DNA of 64,000 nucleotides, from IMG/VR virus record IMGVR_UViG_3300027741_000029, positions 52,400 through 116,399 of that record; one strand, given 5' to 3'. The position numbers and the translations under genes were made by a program. The notes below the pieces were generated by a model. That model ran no database searches. It was not told the DNA's origin and saw nothing but the letters and a program-made list of their open reading frames with translations. This document shows, one piece after another, positions 57,301 through 64,000 of this stretch (its first letter is position 1; each line of letters starts with the position of its first letter). The stretch is from a virus.

Positions 57301-59841
57301 AGTTTCTGTTTGGTAATAGTTGTCAAACACAATATCACCAAGATTACCAATACTTTTATAAACTAATGGAAATCCAAGTTCACTATCACGAGCACCAGTT
57401 CCAACTGCATATCCAAATAGTTTAGAACCAGCAAAAGAGCTACTTGGGTATAGTGATTGATCACTTAAACTATAACCATTGCTGTCAATAATATCAAATA
57501 GCGGAAATTGCGGACGACTATTGCGAATCTGAGCACGAGTCCAACTGCCATTTGCATAATAATACATATTACCTTGGTCAACTACACCTTCCATAGCAAC
57601 AACGGTGTCGCCATCAGCAAATGTGTCGATGGGAATTAAATGTACTTGGTCTGCACTGTTATCAAAGGTTATTGTAGTTCCACTAGGAATTTCAGCAATA
57701 GTATTATTGCTTATTGTAACAACGCCATTTGTGCTATCAAGTGCAACAATGGTGGTATGTGGAGGAATATAATTTAATAGAGTTACTGACTGTCCAATTG
57801 CCAAATTAGTAAAAGTATTAACAAATAATTTATTTGTTCCACTATTGACAAATGCGTTTGTTGCAACGTTATAACTTGAAGTTGCACGAGTTCTGTTATT
57901 TTGAACACGATAAAGTGTTTTGCGAACATCAGGGTTCGTATCATTAATAAATGCAACTGTAACGCCATTTAGTAACTGTATACCATCAGTGTTATAAACA
58001 TATCGGTTATTTGCTGAATCATAAACTGTTTTTGGTATAGCAAAATTATTAAAACCTTCAATTTGTGCAAAGGCATCCGTGGTTTTACTATCGATACAAG
58101 TTACAGAACCACGATAATTTGTTCCATAGTTGAATAGTTTATAATTTGGCAAGAACTCAACAATCGGGCGTTTTGCTTGCTGTGTTGCATCAAATGCATA
58201 GGTTCCATTATTTTTCTCTGCTGCATATTGTAGCACATCACGATGGAACCAACGATTATTGCGACTCCAACTATTGCCATCTACGCTAGCACGATTTATT
58301 GTAATATAATCTTTTTCTTCTGGACTATTAGTTGTCCCATCATATCCTGTTTCATCATATCCACGACTGTTACCAAATGAACTGCCAAGATTTGTATTGA
58401 TAGTTTCAGGAGTAACTAAAGTATCATATTTTATAAGTTTGATACTGCTGCCAACGCCTTCAACAATATATTCGTTGCCTTGATATTCAGCAGGCAGTAC
58501 ATAACCAGTAAACTTTACCTTAAGTCCACTTGTAAACTGTACCCCATTTGGACTTGTGTAATTTGGACGACCGATAATATCATCAACATTGAGCAAACTC
58601 TGTGGATCAGGTTCAACAAGTTGAATTTCACCATAGATAAGAGGATTATCTTGGTCAACATAAAAAAGAACGCTTTGTTGTGCACTTAGTGTTGGAAATT
58701 TAGTGATTACATTTACTGAACTCTTGTAAGCATAAACGTGACCATATACATCGCCTTGACCAACGAATACTTTATAAAGCGGAGTCCAATCAGTAACATA
58801 ACTTAATGACATCGTTCTATTAGATTGAACATTGATTTGCCAAATGCCAGTGCGTTGACTGCTTGGAACGCTTCCCCAACCAGTGGTTGAGGTCAGTACA
58901 ATATACTTTGTATCAAATGCACGAACACCATCTAAACCGTTAGTTAAAATAAAATCATCATAATTTTGACCTTGAAGTTGTTGATAGGTCACGCCATCAA
59001 CGATCATATCAACGCTTTGTGCTAGGGTTGGATAGCTTAACAAATAATCTTGTGCGGTTGATTGTGGCACATTAAATGTGATAGTTCCAGTATCAACGCC
59101 ATTATTAGTTACACCCAATACTTGACGAGTAGAGATATTGTTTTGAACACTGCTTACGCCGCTGGTTCCAATTTCAGTTTGAATCCATAATTTATGTCCG
59201 CCCTGACTAATATTAAATTCATAAGTGCCACCACGAACTAGGGTAATGGTTGGATTAATAACAGTGGTATAACCATCAACAGTGTATCCACTAATGCCTA
59301 GCGCAGCACTTTGAAGTTCTGTTTCATTATTAGCAACATAACTGTTGCGATGGAAATAATAATTTTTTTCAGTAGCAACGCCACTTGCAGTTACATCAAC
59401 TGTTTGTGGTCCATTTGGCACCCAATAGTACTGACGATGATTTGTAATCTTGTCAAGGTCTATAAACCCATTGTAACTATAATAACGATTTTTAAACAAA
59501 CGTTCATGGTCATTGTTAATGCCGCCATCAGCAACAATCTGGTTTAGCAAATCTACATAATTATAAACATTATTAATTTTATAAGTGTTTGTTCCAAGTT
59601 GGCGCTTCCATAGTACAATGCCTGGTTCAAGTTGATAAAATTGACTATAATTGTCGCCTTCTGCAATATAATAATCATTCTTATTAAACACTGGACTTTG
59701 ATCTTGCTGACCAATATAACCATAAAATTTCTTAAGATTTGGTTCTTGAATCAACGGATCAAGAGTTGCATTTAAGAAACGTTTATTGGATAACGTCTTG
59801 AATACTGAGGGTAGAAAAACTTCACTTTTACGCTTTGCCAT
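45322..59841 (-). CDS. giant baseplate wedge / virion structural protein (4839 aa)
   Basis: Follows the gp25- and gp6-like genes; FG-GAP-like propeller repeats (FGSSV, FGANV, FGTSI, FGTSV, FGQAV, FGEIL), GDG..F Ig-like repeats, (F/Y)Dxxx(F/Y)D repeats. Confidence 0.8.
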   Translation of the reverse strand: MAKRKSEVFLPSVFKTLSNKRFLNATLDPLIQEPNLKKFYGYIGQQDQSPVFNKNDYYIAEGDNYSQFYQLEPGIVLWKRQLGTNTYKINNVYNYVDLLNQIVADGGINNDHERLFKNRYYSYNGFIDLDKITNHRQYYWVPNGPQTVDVTASGVATEKNYYFHRNSYVANNETELQSAALGISGYTVDGYTTVINPTITLVRGGTYEFNISQGGHKLWIQTEIGTSGVSSVQNNISTRQVLGVTNNGVDTGTITFNVPQSTAQDYLLSYPTLAQSVDMIVDGVTYQQLQGQNYDDFILTNGLDGVRAFDTKYIVLTSTTGWGSVPSSQRTGIWQINVQSNRTMSLSYVTDWTPLYKVFVGQGDVYGHVYAYKSSVNVITKFPTLSAQQSVLFYVDQDNPLIYGEIQLVEPDPQSLLNVDDIIGRPNYTSPNGVQFTSGLKVKFTGYVLPAEYQGNEYIVEGVGSSIKLIKYDTLVTPETINTNLGSSFGNSRGYDETGYDGTTNSPEEKDYITINRASVDGNSWSRNNRWFHRDVLQYAAEKNNGTYAFDATQQAKRPIVEFLPNYKLFNYGTNYRGSVTCIDSKTTDAFAQIEGFNNFAIPKTVYDSANNRYVYNTDGIQLLNGVTVAFINDTNPDVRKTLYRVQNNRTRATSSYNVATNAFVNSGTNKLFVNTFTNLAIGQSVTLLNYIPPHTTIVALDSTNGVVTISNNTIAEIPSGTTITFDNSADQVHLIPIDTFADGDTVVAMEGVVDQGNMYYYANGSWTRAQIRNSRPQFPLFDIIDSNGYSLSDQSLYPSSSFAGSKLFGYAVGTGARDSELGFPLVYKSIGNLGDIVFDNYYQTETFNYNLNQADKVLNVNIGYAAVIKGWNNYTFANGWYRVQDKSKQYITKTFSATGVQKNNFDLGVVYANSYYENNVFVYVNNVLQKGTYTLQTSSITSKIVFTYDLSVGDRVFVKIFGTSAAYKQTYTMPRNLTNNSENTEFTTITLGQIRNHLIEIGNNLQNLQGEPAGSNNFRDLNFNYVGGKLLQHSASLRPAALMYANNDVDPIAAIRFGADSYAVFKNQLLDYINKREFPDPSNYRDNIDDILSEFAQTTNSNSTFYYTDMIAGGKNYVENSYTVQNTTYRTYNLTESYTNATKEYRAVLVYLNGVLLINNVDYTISGATIVINSSVTLSRGDKIVTNEYKSTQGCNVPATPTKLGVYPKFKPEIVYDNTYAVSGEGNGILGIVGHDGSFTVGYGDYRDNILLEFEKRVYNNLTVDYANNTDYDLISVEPGAFRVRDYSFPEWTQLLSSEYLRWSNSNNVDIFTNTTVSNDVFTYNYSSGVDKIFGNSVPGYWRGIYNYFYDTDRPHTNPWEMLGFAEKPTWWDNRYGPAPYSSENSVLWGDLELGFVYNGAPNKSYINSSYTRTGLSKIIPVDSHGNLLPPLQSVVVNYNSNDAALNWRVGDQSPQETAWRRSSSYPFAVQIAWALARPAEYCALKYNTRDLTYNSNLNQIINSKSNSRVFDYSITDANDYIPGINVWIRDYLVSNNLDVNENWINIARNSTFNLVYKMGAYTDKSYLTIVADQVSPQSTNSSVIIPQENYRVKVTKSAPVARAVYSAVIVKKVTGGYQVTGFDKARPYFLTIPSRVSANNYGISVGSETAIIYKDSEDTVASYPYGSIFNNKQQVVDFLVSYGRYLTSQGFSFNNFLADNTTQSDWTLAAKEFLFWNQQNWGNDTVISLTPAGTKLNFSSPYGIVDTISNTNNYTKVVDSDNTTLTGRDYRVYRDDNTFSIELKNAQKGIHLLDIAIVQYEHTIIFDNNTVFNDILYDEQVGSRQFRLRVDGAKTQDWNGSLYAPGFFVNVSEIPQWVSYTDYYTGDIVLLKNQYFAAQKFIPGTQKFAISDWYPINGSLLDKELIPNMASGAAQFANFHNPDAADLNSAADLLGKHETGFTSRQYFTDLGLDITSQYKFYLGMIAQKGTQAVLNAFLRNQQKRIDSDIRISEQWAIKLGNYGGTANTDKLEFSIGNSIAINNQYLFEFTNQSDARSDIYNTVKPSDLVIRPRTYKTNIFAQTEPSKQIIPYAGPVNTADVSATVFDISKIYNISGLNTVMGESSKVWIAADSGNQWGVYRLSQTGRVFVIGVSHTSPTELTFTTNSAHNLVNLDYVMLRNAKINSAQSTSSIADLSGFYRISAVTNTTFTVKINNNVTISSGQLNAQLFKLINVRYSTVNDFAAFVPVRGWQTGEIVYIDNGPDGYAVKQNTNSWVYNDTRSPVFTKPTDNFGSSVKINHNQGFAVVGASSRNTTGQAFVYGKKQDDTWQEIGILTPANSSASFGANVDINGNDIAIIAAPSGNKGIVYTAVVNSQQVSLNQAIHYDNLYVLSAGFSTSNSYILISPTATLSTTANIAQTASYSLANFAVGMKVVGAGIPSGTTIANLTPVAALNDITMSKNATLKFSDAATILTANSSIFTTLYANITSSNANVYIGNTGQSITGIVANTMPVLGNGIPVGTYIKSISNITGYKVLTLSSNVTTPTGNLLTFVGSNLGITQSITSAATTTNNSHFIVNGYQSLYGVANGQPIVGANIANGTVISNLSIGSAYNLIGLTNAATISANQKIGIYPNVTPSSAFGTSISASGDGNWLFIGEPATNSVYVYKYSNVAVAATSTRTGDGSSTSFSYPINATGLNLSARDIKVYVNSVLKVPGLDYIKTPSQESITFDVAPPNNSIINLIYESSFTEVNRIITDDPEVSGFGTSVSTNNDGRIVVIGAPGSTATTDTSYTNAGKTYVFERTAENFVATGTTSTFQLSNALVGLTTITTPNVITHPSVTVDGANVAATFNYTTNQVVLAAIPSSGSIVNVETNQFIPIKIATTDVGQQNSNFGQAVKLSQNGSLAFSSAPGYSQSSSQNGAVYRLVNVPRMYGNIVGNKTNFIVTANSSIRINDYLVTFGQTLRPPYSTIYYNSDVYQAANTINAAKIPYITAGVISNGAIYISSSDLHSTSKIYMRNEYGNPLSTMGIDQWQSVQKMFNPLVQDTARFGEILSISPDANTLVVGSTLSNTRITTTFDSAKTTFDRATVRYVDIVYRSGAAHVYEYQTSATETASDQGSFAYATLLNDKFAGALDRYASGVDISNNFILVGAPYAKILGNNTGAMYVYYNKNAQPIWKNIRSEGEKFDSRIVERVYLYNTKSSRLIADLPVYDLTHGALPNSAESYIDYTINYDPAVYNHVPTTVSFAYDRKNAWGSEKVGTLWWDTNSIKYYDASQGNTLEKFNKWGLAFPASTVTIYEWIESDQLPKDYATSYPLTQPLYTVNDVYSSQIVIDENTGQPVTKYYFWIHNSTNSTNSSRPSALELQSYIANARNSSEPFAAIVGTNAFAVFNAQNIITDDTNLVIEYKDTLKPQLVHSEWTMFDDGTDLGVAIEFINKLNDSLTGQDASGRIIPDPNLPIGQKYGMDTAPRQSLFNNQYFARQLYVEKINNICKTYPMVLTRSEAIAALNNSDPLPSSGTYKTVVANITELGYLDKNTYAAGDSVLVLQDSNTHNNGWSLNRLIVKFPNTRSWETYQVQTYNLNDYWSYSDWYSANYNPLVPITTSVDNESDISQLSLNVNDIIYVRNSTNGGWKIVLVNYANLELLAQQNATIQFKENLYSQVAAGQGFQTSSFQAVGFDTDSNLEFNRIFDVVTNYLLTNEYRTEYKQTLTLMIDTIASQHLQTDWMMKTSFVDLYHRVRGLDQLPVYLPQPENTVTDFFSEVKPFHTKLKQYVAKYDNNNALDYAYTNATDFDLQPYYNTVIKKYRSPQLGNTLDTTILATQALYQPWVINHKYNVRLVDIVDGGSGYDGTTEVLINGDGTGATARAYIVNGAVNTIVVTNNGVNYTYATVQINGVGTGAKAVAIVGNGLTRTLDTYIKFDRISYFNTVIDWAANTAYTINTVIVYEAQPYRVITNHTSGSTFDFTKFVELRVKVWYPQTLYAINDVVVYKNTSYVATETFTSNLNFDTASLVAYNGLWLDNACDRVWSYYAPISGMAGRDLAQVMVGIEYSGNQILGPAFNQTPGYDVNNYDSIAYDLATKDVENVYDVYGSQTEDTIIRSLFTDTGLGLRPQDINVDGGAFTDTYSSHAPEEFVPSIINDTLDIKVKTLPIQNGGPDIKIFTSNYVGSKTFSFDPLVTGVDYPLGGIEKFYVIDRALGPIAETYHYTINYQTKTITTVYEPQVGTFFYVMMFGSNGESPIFDQDYYADGVQTDFNIDDSTLNSVEQAYVKVNGIKVDNWTLVNKLENSRGILAVRFNTAPNANDYVQVHLYGVPLGTRAYSEIYEQTFVITSANYPTGYNFTIDNPEIYAQPISAYAIVRLNGSDLLPPQQTYNIGDGITKNFSLTNSWVENIANITDAEVMVLIDNVLQTNNIDYTIYHDPTNVAMPIVQFTVAPNSGSLIVFSDSSQSDFKIYDGNQLWINPAVNISIPSKLTVFTQGNHDVNQQYTKLFSGDTNNTSVIDNGLDTTGFDTVGFDNELSNFIGTIYYTLPRAVTNINQLYMTLKSPNTTGGLPLLPYRDFRLVTPTIVVLSSELTISSTSVIGVRIFGEPVRETTLEYRIFKDLNDNTRYYAVRSARETFLAANLHITDQWIYVSDITTLQSPEPITNTAGVVVINGERITYGLIDTVNKRLGNVRRSTGGTGAANLYVSGTRVIDSSSTLEIPNSRDTYVVTPNDTYLGGGATNVKFISANAYSGTNVIALNDITNISLNQYVFSNISGIIPSNTTVTNIYKGNSSVKLSANLTANLTTKSTGNLLLSNTVSFVTSILVTANSTIKQGKIFTNFNESLQSSTTQYAQFIRATK

Positions 59842-59843
59842 TA

Positions 59844-62800
59844 TTAATAACTCACATAGTACTGACCGATGCCAGCACTGTTAATACCACTTAACACACC
59901 TTGGACTATTTGAACATTCTCAACAGTTGCTGCACTTAAAAATAATTCATTTGGTTGACAACGAATTTCGTATAAACTACCAAAATAACTATTAATATCA
60001 GCAGGAATTAGCACAATAGAACTTATATAATCACTTAATTGTTTATGAAGATAACCAGAAAGTTCACTGAAATAGAAAGTATCTCCAAAATCCCAGTTAT
60101 CTAAGCTGAAATATGCATTTACCGTATCAATGACACGACTTTTAACTTCAGTATCACTTAGCGTAGTGCTAGGATTTTTAACAACTTGGAAATTTGCTCG
60201 TAAACTTGGAATAGCCTTTGTACCAAATAACAATTTATATACGCCTGCATTCAATATCATTTCATCACTTATCATTTTATAATTAAACAATCCGCTATAA
60301 GAACTGTTTAATTGAACACTATCAAGGTCAGCAGGTTTAGCAACTACGCCAGTGGTATCAAGAACGTAATTACGATATGCTTCGTCATAACTGCGTGTTA
60401 AAATATAGGTGTCAATAAGATTAGTTGCCGCAGGATCAAGACGACGAGTATTTTCAGCATTGTGTTGATATTCAAATACTAAATCTTGACGACCTATATA
60501 CGCATAATAATTTGCGGTAACATCAACTACTGTTACAACACCATTTACAGATTGTATTTGATAGAATGAATCTTCTGATAATGCATAAAAGACAGTTCCT
60601 ACTGGAAAACTATTACGAACATAGTTAATATCACTATAAGTTTTATAAATTGAATTTACTGCACCTGTTGGCGATAACTGCAAACGAAGCAAGTTATCAC
60701 TGTCAATATATGTATTATAAAATATATAATTCATACCATCTGTAGTCTCAGTGAATATATCTGGATCGGTTGGCAACTTGCTAGTATTACTAATAGGATA
60801 AGTTACATAGATGCGTGTGCTATCAGTATAACCATCATTTAATACTACATTTTTATAAATGTTCATATTAACTTCACGGGAAATTCCACTGTTTACAGTT
60901 AATAATCTTATATTATCTTTAACAATAGTATTTGTTGCTGCATCATAAACAGGCAATGGACTTGTTCCGATAAAAGATACTTGCTTGCCACTGCCAAATA
61001 CAAAGTCAAGTTGACGATATGTTACTGTGTATCTTACCCCATCAGTTGTAAAATACATTAACCAACTGCTATCATTCGTTGAATATTGTGAAGCAAGATC
61101 AAATTGTGGTAGTTGATTGCTAGTACCCATATTGACGCTGCTTATAGGAATAATTGTCCACGGGTCACTTGTTGTGCTTGCAGTTTTATTATAATCATAA
61201 ACTAAACCAAATTCAGTTTTGTTTAGAATATAATTGGTCATAGCATTAATTGTTGTATTTTGAATAGTAGTTGCAAAGGTTGTATACACACGACTAACAA
61301 TAGCGCCGGTTGGAATACTTTCACTCAGCGTAACTGCACCAATATTACGACCAGCAACCAACACAGTACTTGCACCAGTTCCAGTGACATTTTGAATACT
61401 TGCCCAAATAACGGTACGATCACTTGTTAGCGTTGGATTACCGTTTACAAGCGTATTAGTAGCATCAAAATAATAACCAGTTGGTGCAGTAAATTTAATC
61501 AAGCTGTTAGTGTTTAAAAACTTACGATAATTTGTAATACTGCTGCCAATTTGCACAGGAGTTTTGGTAGTATCGCTAGGGTCTAGGAAGAAACCTGTAC
61601 TTGTTGTGGTATCATCAGTACTGCGAGTCCAAGTAGTTGGCTGCAACACAGTAAAATCAAGTGGTGTCCAATTTTCATAATAGAACTGACGCATTGGATA
61701 ATCTTGGATAATAGGAGTAATTTGGTTATTAATAACCTTTAAGATGTCATTGCGACTATTATAGGTAAAATGAAAACTTTGCACAAAATCATCTTTATAA
61801 AACACACCATCACGAGCATAAAGATCAGTAGATGTATATTTTCCAGTTGGGTCAGTGATATCTAAACCACGAGACACGCCACTAGCAAAACGATTTACAG
61901 ATTTTACTTTTACGATATCGCTATAGCTTGTGTATGGGAAAGTATTATAATCTTCGCCATTAACCATACGATTTTGTGCATAATATGCTTGTGGGGCTTT
62001 TTGCTTAATATCATTTGTCAAGTCACGACGTGAAGAATTGCTTACAGTATATTGTAGGCTAGCACCAATAGTAAGAGTTTCTGGGCGACCATTAGCACTG
62101 ATATAAGGAATAGCCACACTAATATTTGCCATATCACTTGGAGCAATGCGATAAGTTAAGCCATTTGATACACGATAATATGCACGATAGTTGCCAAGTG
62201 GAATTTCACTGAAACTTCCATCGCCAAATACAAGATCAATTTGGTCATTAATACGAGTGTTTACACTATAAAGTGTGCGAATACCACGAGCAGTAGAATT
62301 GTAAATGGCGTTTGTACCAGAAGTACTTGCAACCTTTGTCCATTCATTACCAATGGTACCATTAGTAATTTCATACATCCAGATATCACTGTTATTAATG
62401 TTGGCTACGTCAATCCCAAATACACGATTGGCTACTTTTTCAGTAATAGAAAAATCAGTAGAATTTAACACACCTTGCTTAAAGAATAAGAAGAATCCTG
62501 TGTTATGACTTGCATTACCACGACTATCATTTTGATAGATGATACCAAATTGTCCACGTGTGCCAGGATCATATTCACTAATTGTGTCACTTGTTAAGAT
62601 ATTTGCACTTACTACTTCAAAGTTAGTTGCAACATCGCCTACTAATGCGCCAAAAGTAAAGATAGGTAGAATAGTATTTGGAACTGCAATGTTATATTGT
62701 TCAGTCTTGATACCATTAATAGTCTTGCTAGCATAAGGTTTACCAACTTTCTGGCTCTTATTGATAGCAGCATTCATAATTTGTGTAAATTGATTTACCC

Positions 62801-63254
62801 AACTTGCATTATTAGCATCATTCCAATTGATGGTAGTACGACTTAAATTTGAACCATTGATATCAAATAGGTTCTCAGTTGTGTTGACACTGTTAATCTT
62901 TAAGAAGCCACTTGCGGCACGATTACGATTTGGAACATAATTTAATTGTTTTACTAGTTTCAGGACGCTATCACGGCGTTCTGCTGTTTCTAAAAAGTTT
63001 TCACGTGCATTGAGGTCTGTTCTAAATGCGACACTTTGTGCAGTAAATGCAATAAGGTCAAGTAGGGCTACATACTCACTGCTTTCAATGAAATCATTAA
63101 AATCTTCAGCATAATAGGTCTTGACATAATCAACCATAACCTTGCGCAGAGTTTCAAAGTCGTAACTTTGGAAATCGGCATTAGAAAATGTTGTATATAT
63201 TTTCTTCCAATCTTCCGCAGCAAAGATATTAGTTTGACGAGCATTAGTAGCCAT
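59844..63254 (-). CDS. baseplate wedge subunit (T4 gp6-like)
   Basis: DFETLR, DFIESSE, LDLIAF, DLNARENFLETAERRDSV, AYYAQNRMVNGEDY; position next to gp25. Confidence 0.85.
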   Translation of the reverse strand: MATNARQTNIFAAEDWKKIYTTFSNADFQSYDFETLRKVMVDYVKTYYAEDFNDFIESSEYVALLDLIAFTAQSVAFRTDLNARENFLETAERRDSVLKLVKQLNYVPNRNRAASGFLKINSVNTTENLFDINGSNLSRTTINWNDANNASWVNQFTQIMNAAINKSQKVGKPYASKTINGIKTEQYNIAVPNTILPIFTFGALVGDVATNFEVVSANILTSDTISEYDPGTRGQFGIIYQNDSRGNASHNTGFFLFFKQGVLNSTDFSITEKVANRVFGIDVANINNSDIWMYEITNGTIGNEWTKVASTSGTNAIYNSTARGIRTLYSVNTRINDQIDLVFGDGSFSEIPLGNYRAYYRVSNGLTYRIAPSDMANISVAIPYISANGRPETLTIGASLQYTVSNSSRRDLTNDIKQKAPQAYYAQNRMVNGEDYNTFPYTSYSDIVKVKSVNRFASGVSRGLDITDPTGKYTSTDLYARDGVFYKDDFVQSFHFTYNSRNDILKVINNQITPIIQDYPMRQFYYENWTPLDFTVLQPTTWTRSTDDTTTSTGFFLDPSDTTKTPVQIGSSITNYRKFLNTNSLIKFTAPTGYYFDATNTLVNGNPTLTSDRTVIWASIQNVTGTGASTVLVAGRNIGAVTLSESIPTGAIVSRVYTTFATTIQNTTINAMTNYILNKTEFGLVYDYNKTASTTSDPWTIIPISSVNMGTSNQLPQFDLASQYSTNDSSWLMYFTTDGVRYTVTYRQLDFVFGSGKQVSFIGTSPLPVYDAATNTIVKDNIRLLTVNSGISREVNMNIYKNVVLNDGYTDSTRIYVTYPISNTSKLPTDPDIFTETTDGMNYIFYNTYIDSDNLLRLQLSPTGAVNSIYKTYSDINYVRNSFPVGTVFYALSEDSFYQIQSVNGVVTVVDVTANYYAYIGRQDLVFEYQHNAENTRRLDPAATNLIDTYILTRSYDEAYRNYVLDTTGVVAKPADLDSVQLNSSYSGLFNYKMISDEMILNAGVYKLLFGTKAIPSLRANFQVVKNPSTTLSDTEVKSRVIDTVNAYFSLDNWDFGDTFYFSELSGYLHKQLSDYISSIVLIPADINSYFGSLYEIRCQPNELFLSAATVENVQIVQGVLSGINSAGIGQYYVSY

Positions 63255-63297
63255 TTATAAACCTCTTATTATTTATTTTAAGAATTATATACGACTA

Positions 63298-63684
63298 TTA
63301 AAGTACGTAAAGTCTGCTGCTTGACTTATCAAATAGCACACTTAAATCTGCTACTTTATTGTCAGTGGTAAATTGAAGAGAAAAATTTAGTACAAGTCCA
63401 TGACCATCTGGACTTTCTTGCACAATTGTTTGACTAACAACATTGAATCTTGGGTCATATGCAATTATTCTATCAATATCTTGCTTAATTTCATTCTTTA
63501 ATGCTGGTGTAAGAGGATCAAAAAGTCGATTCCAAATAATACAACCAATATTTGGATTGTGAAGTTTTTCACCCTTACGAATCTGCAAATGATTTAATAA
63601 ATCTTGGACTATGAGATCATTGTCACTGATCGCATAGGGTCCAAAATCACGATTAACTGAACTATAACCTTTATATGTTACCAT
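63298..63684 (-). CDS. baseplate wedge subunit (T4 gp25-like)
   Basis: DLLNHLQIRKGEKLHNPNIGCIIW..LFDP, I..I..YDPR. Confidence 0.88.
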   Translation of the reverse strand: MVTYKGYSSVNRDFGPYAISDNDLIVQDLLNHLQIRKGEKLHNPNIGCIIWNRLFDPLTPALKNEIKQDIDRIIAYDPRFNVVSQTIVQESPDGHGLVLNFSLQFTTDNKVADLSVLFDKSSSRLYVL

Positions 63685-63699
63685 ATTAATATTTACCCA

Positions 63700-64000
63700 T
63701 TAACAACTTGCTGCTCCTTGCCCAGTAGCAGCACTGCCTCCAGGCGTTCCTTGAGCACCGCCCGGTGCCGCACTGCCTGCGCCAGGTGCTTTTGTATCAG
63801 CAGTGATTGGTGCGGTTGGTTGCGATGCATCAGCATGCACTACTTCATTAGTTCTTGGATCATACTTTAATTCTCCAGTATCAGAACTTGGAGCAGAACT
63901 GAAACTGCTTCCGCCGCCAGTACCTGATACTGAGCTTGGTCCACCGCTCATACTATCGCCGCCGCCAGTACCTGATACTATACTTGGTCCTTCACTCATG
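63700..64000 (-). CDS. 3' end of a probable baseplate hub/spike gene, likely truncated by the window
   Basis: Gly/Ser/Ala-rich C-terminus with two 16-aa repeats; lies upstream of gp25. The N-terminus is probably outside the window. Confidence 0.5.
   Translation of the reverse strand, partial: MSEGPSIVSGTGGGDSMSGGPSSVSGTGGGSSFSSAPSSDTGELKYDPRTNEVVHADASQPTAPITADTKAPGAGSAAPGGAQGTPGGSAATGQGAASC

Larger units (their letters stand above)
9255..63695. promoter_or_regulatory. dispersed TAAATA motif, candidate T4-type late promoter
   Basis: Upstream of gene starts on the coding strand at +9255, +15269, +24657, +30144, -37559/-37576, -38832, -43697, -45297, -63275 and -63695. T4 late promoters are TATAAATA. 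Confidence 0.55.

Noticed and set aside
1-64000. Stop-codon reassignment (alternative genetic code)
   Set aside because: Genes up to 14.5 kb are intact under the standard code, and TAA, TGA and TAG all end well-packed genes.
1-64000. tRNA/rRNA genes, diversity-generating retroelement or retron
   Set aside because: No cloverleaf or T-loop motif noticed, intergenic gaps are too short, and no reverse transcriptase YxDD protein is present. Not confirmed with tRNAscan or Infernal.

Overview
64 kb of an AT-rich, T4-like (myovirus-type) large phage genome. The host is probably an alphaproteobacterium (inference from promoter style and a Rhizobiales-like exported protein). Left part, + strand, 1-20.7 kb: a replication module (family-B DNA polymerase, sliding clamp, RNase H/5'-exonuclease); a 9.9-14 kb array of one-promoter/one-gene early cassettes built on near-identical TTGACA-N16-TATATT repeats; a MoxR AAA+/vWA-metallopeptidase pair; and a DHFR-thymidylate synthase-epimerase-DegT aminotransferase-Gfo/Idh/MocA run. 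Middle part, mostly - strand, 20.7-36.6 kb: seven radical SAM enzymes (five with an N-terminal Cys cluster, one B12-dependent), four glycosyltransferase-like proteins and an inserted GIY-YIG homing endonuclease. Right part, - strand, 36.6-64 kb: tail fibres, 2OG-Fe(II) oxygenase-like genes, a PGRS-like Gly-rich protein and baseplate wedge genes including a 4839-aa giant. Main highlights: (1) a 39-aa ArfA-like ribosome-rescue factor (10003-10122), missing from the ORF track and placed first behind an early promoter; (2) a candidate phage-encoded amino-sugar/radical-SAM glycan-tailoring system; (3) repeat-bounded shufflable early cassettes; (4) unusual gene junctions (divergent starts sharing CATG, leaderless starts, a 5-bp duplication around the homing endonuclease). 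All assignments come from motif reading only; no searches were run. No tRNA, rRNA, CRISPR array or intein was recognised.
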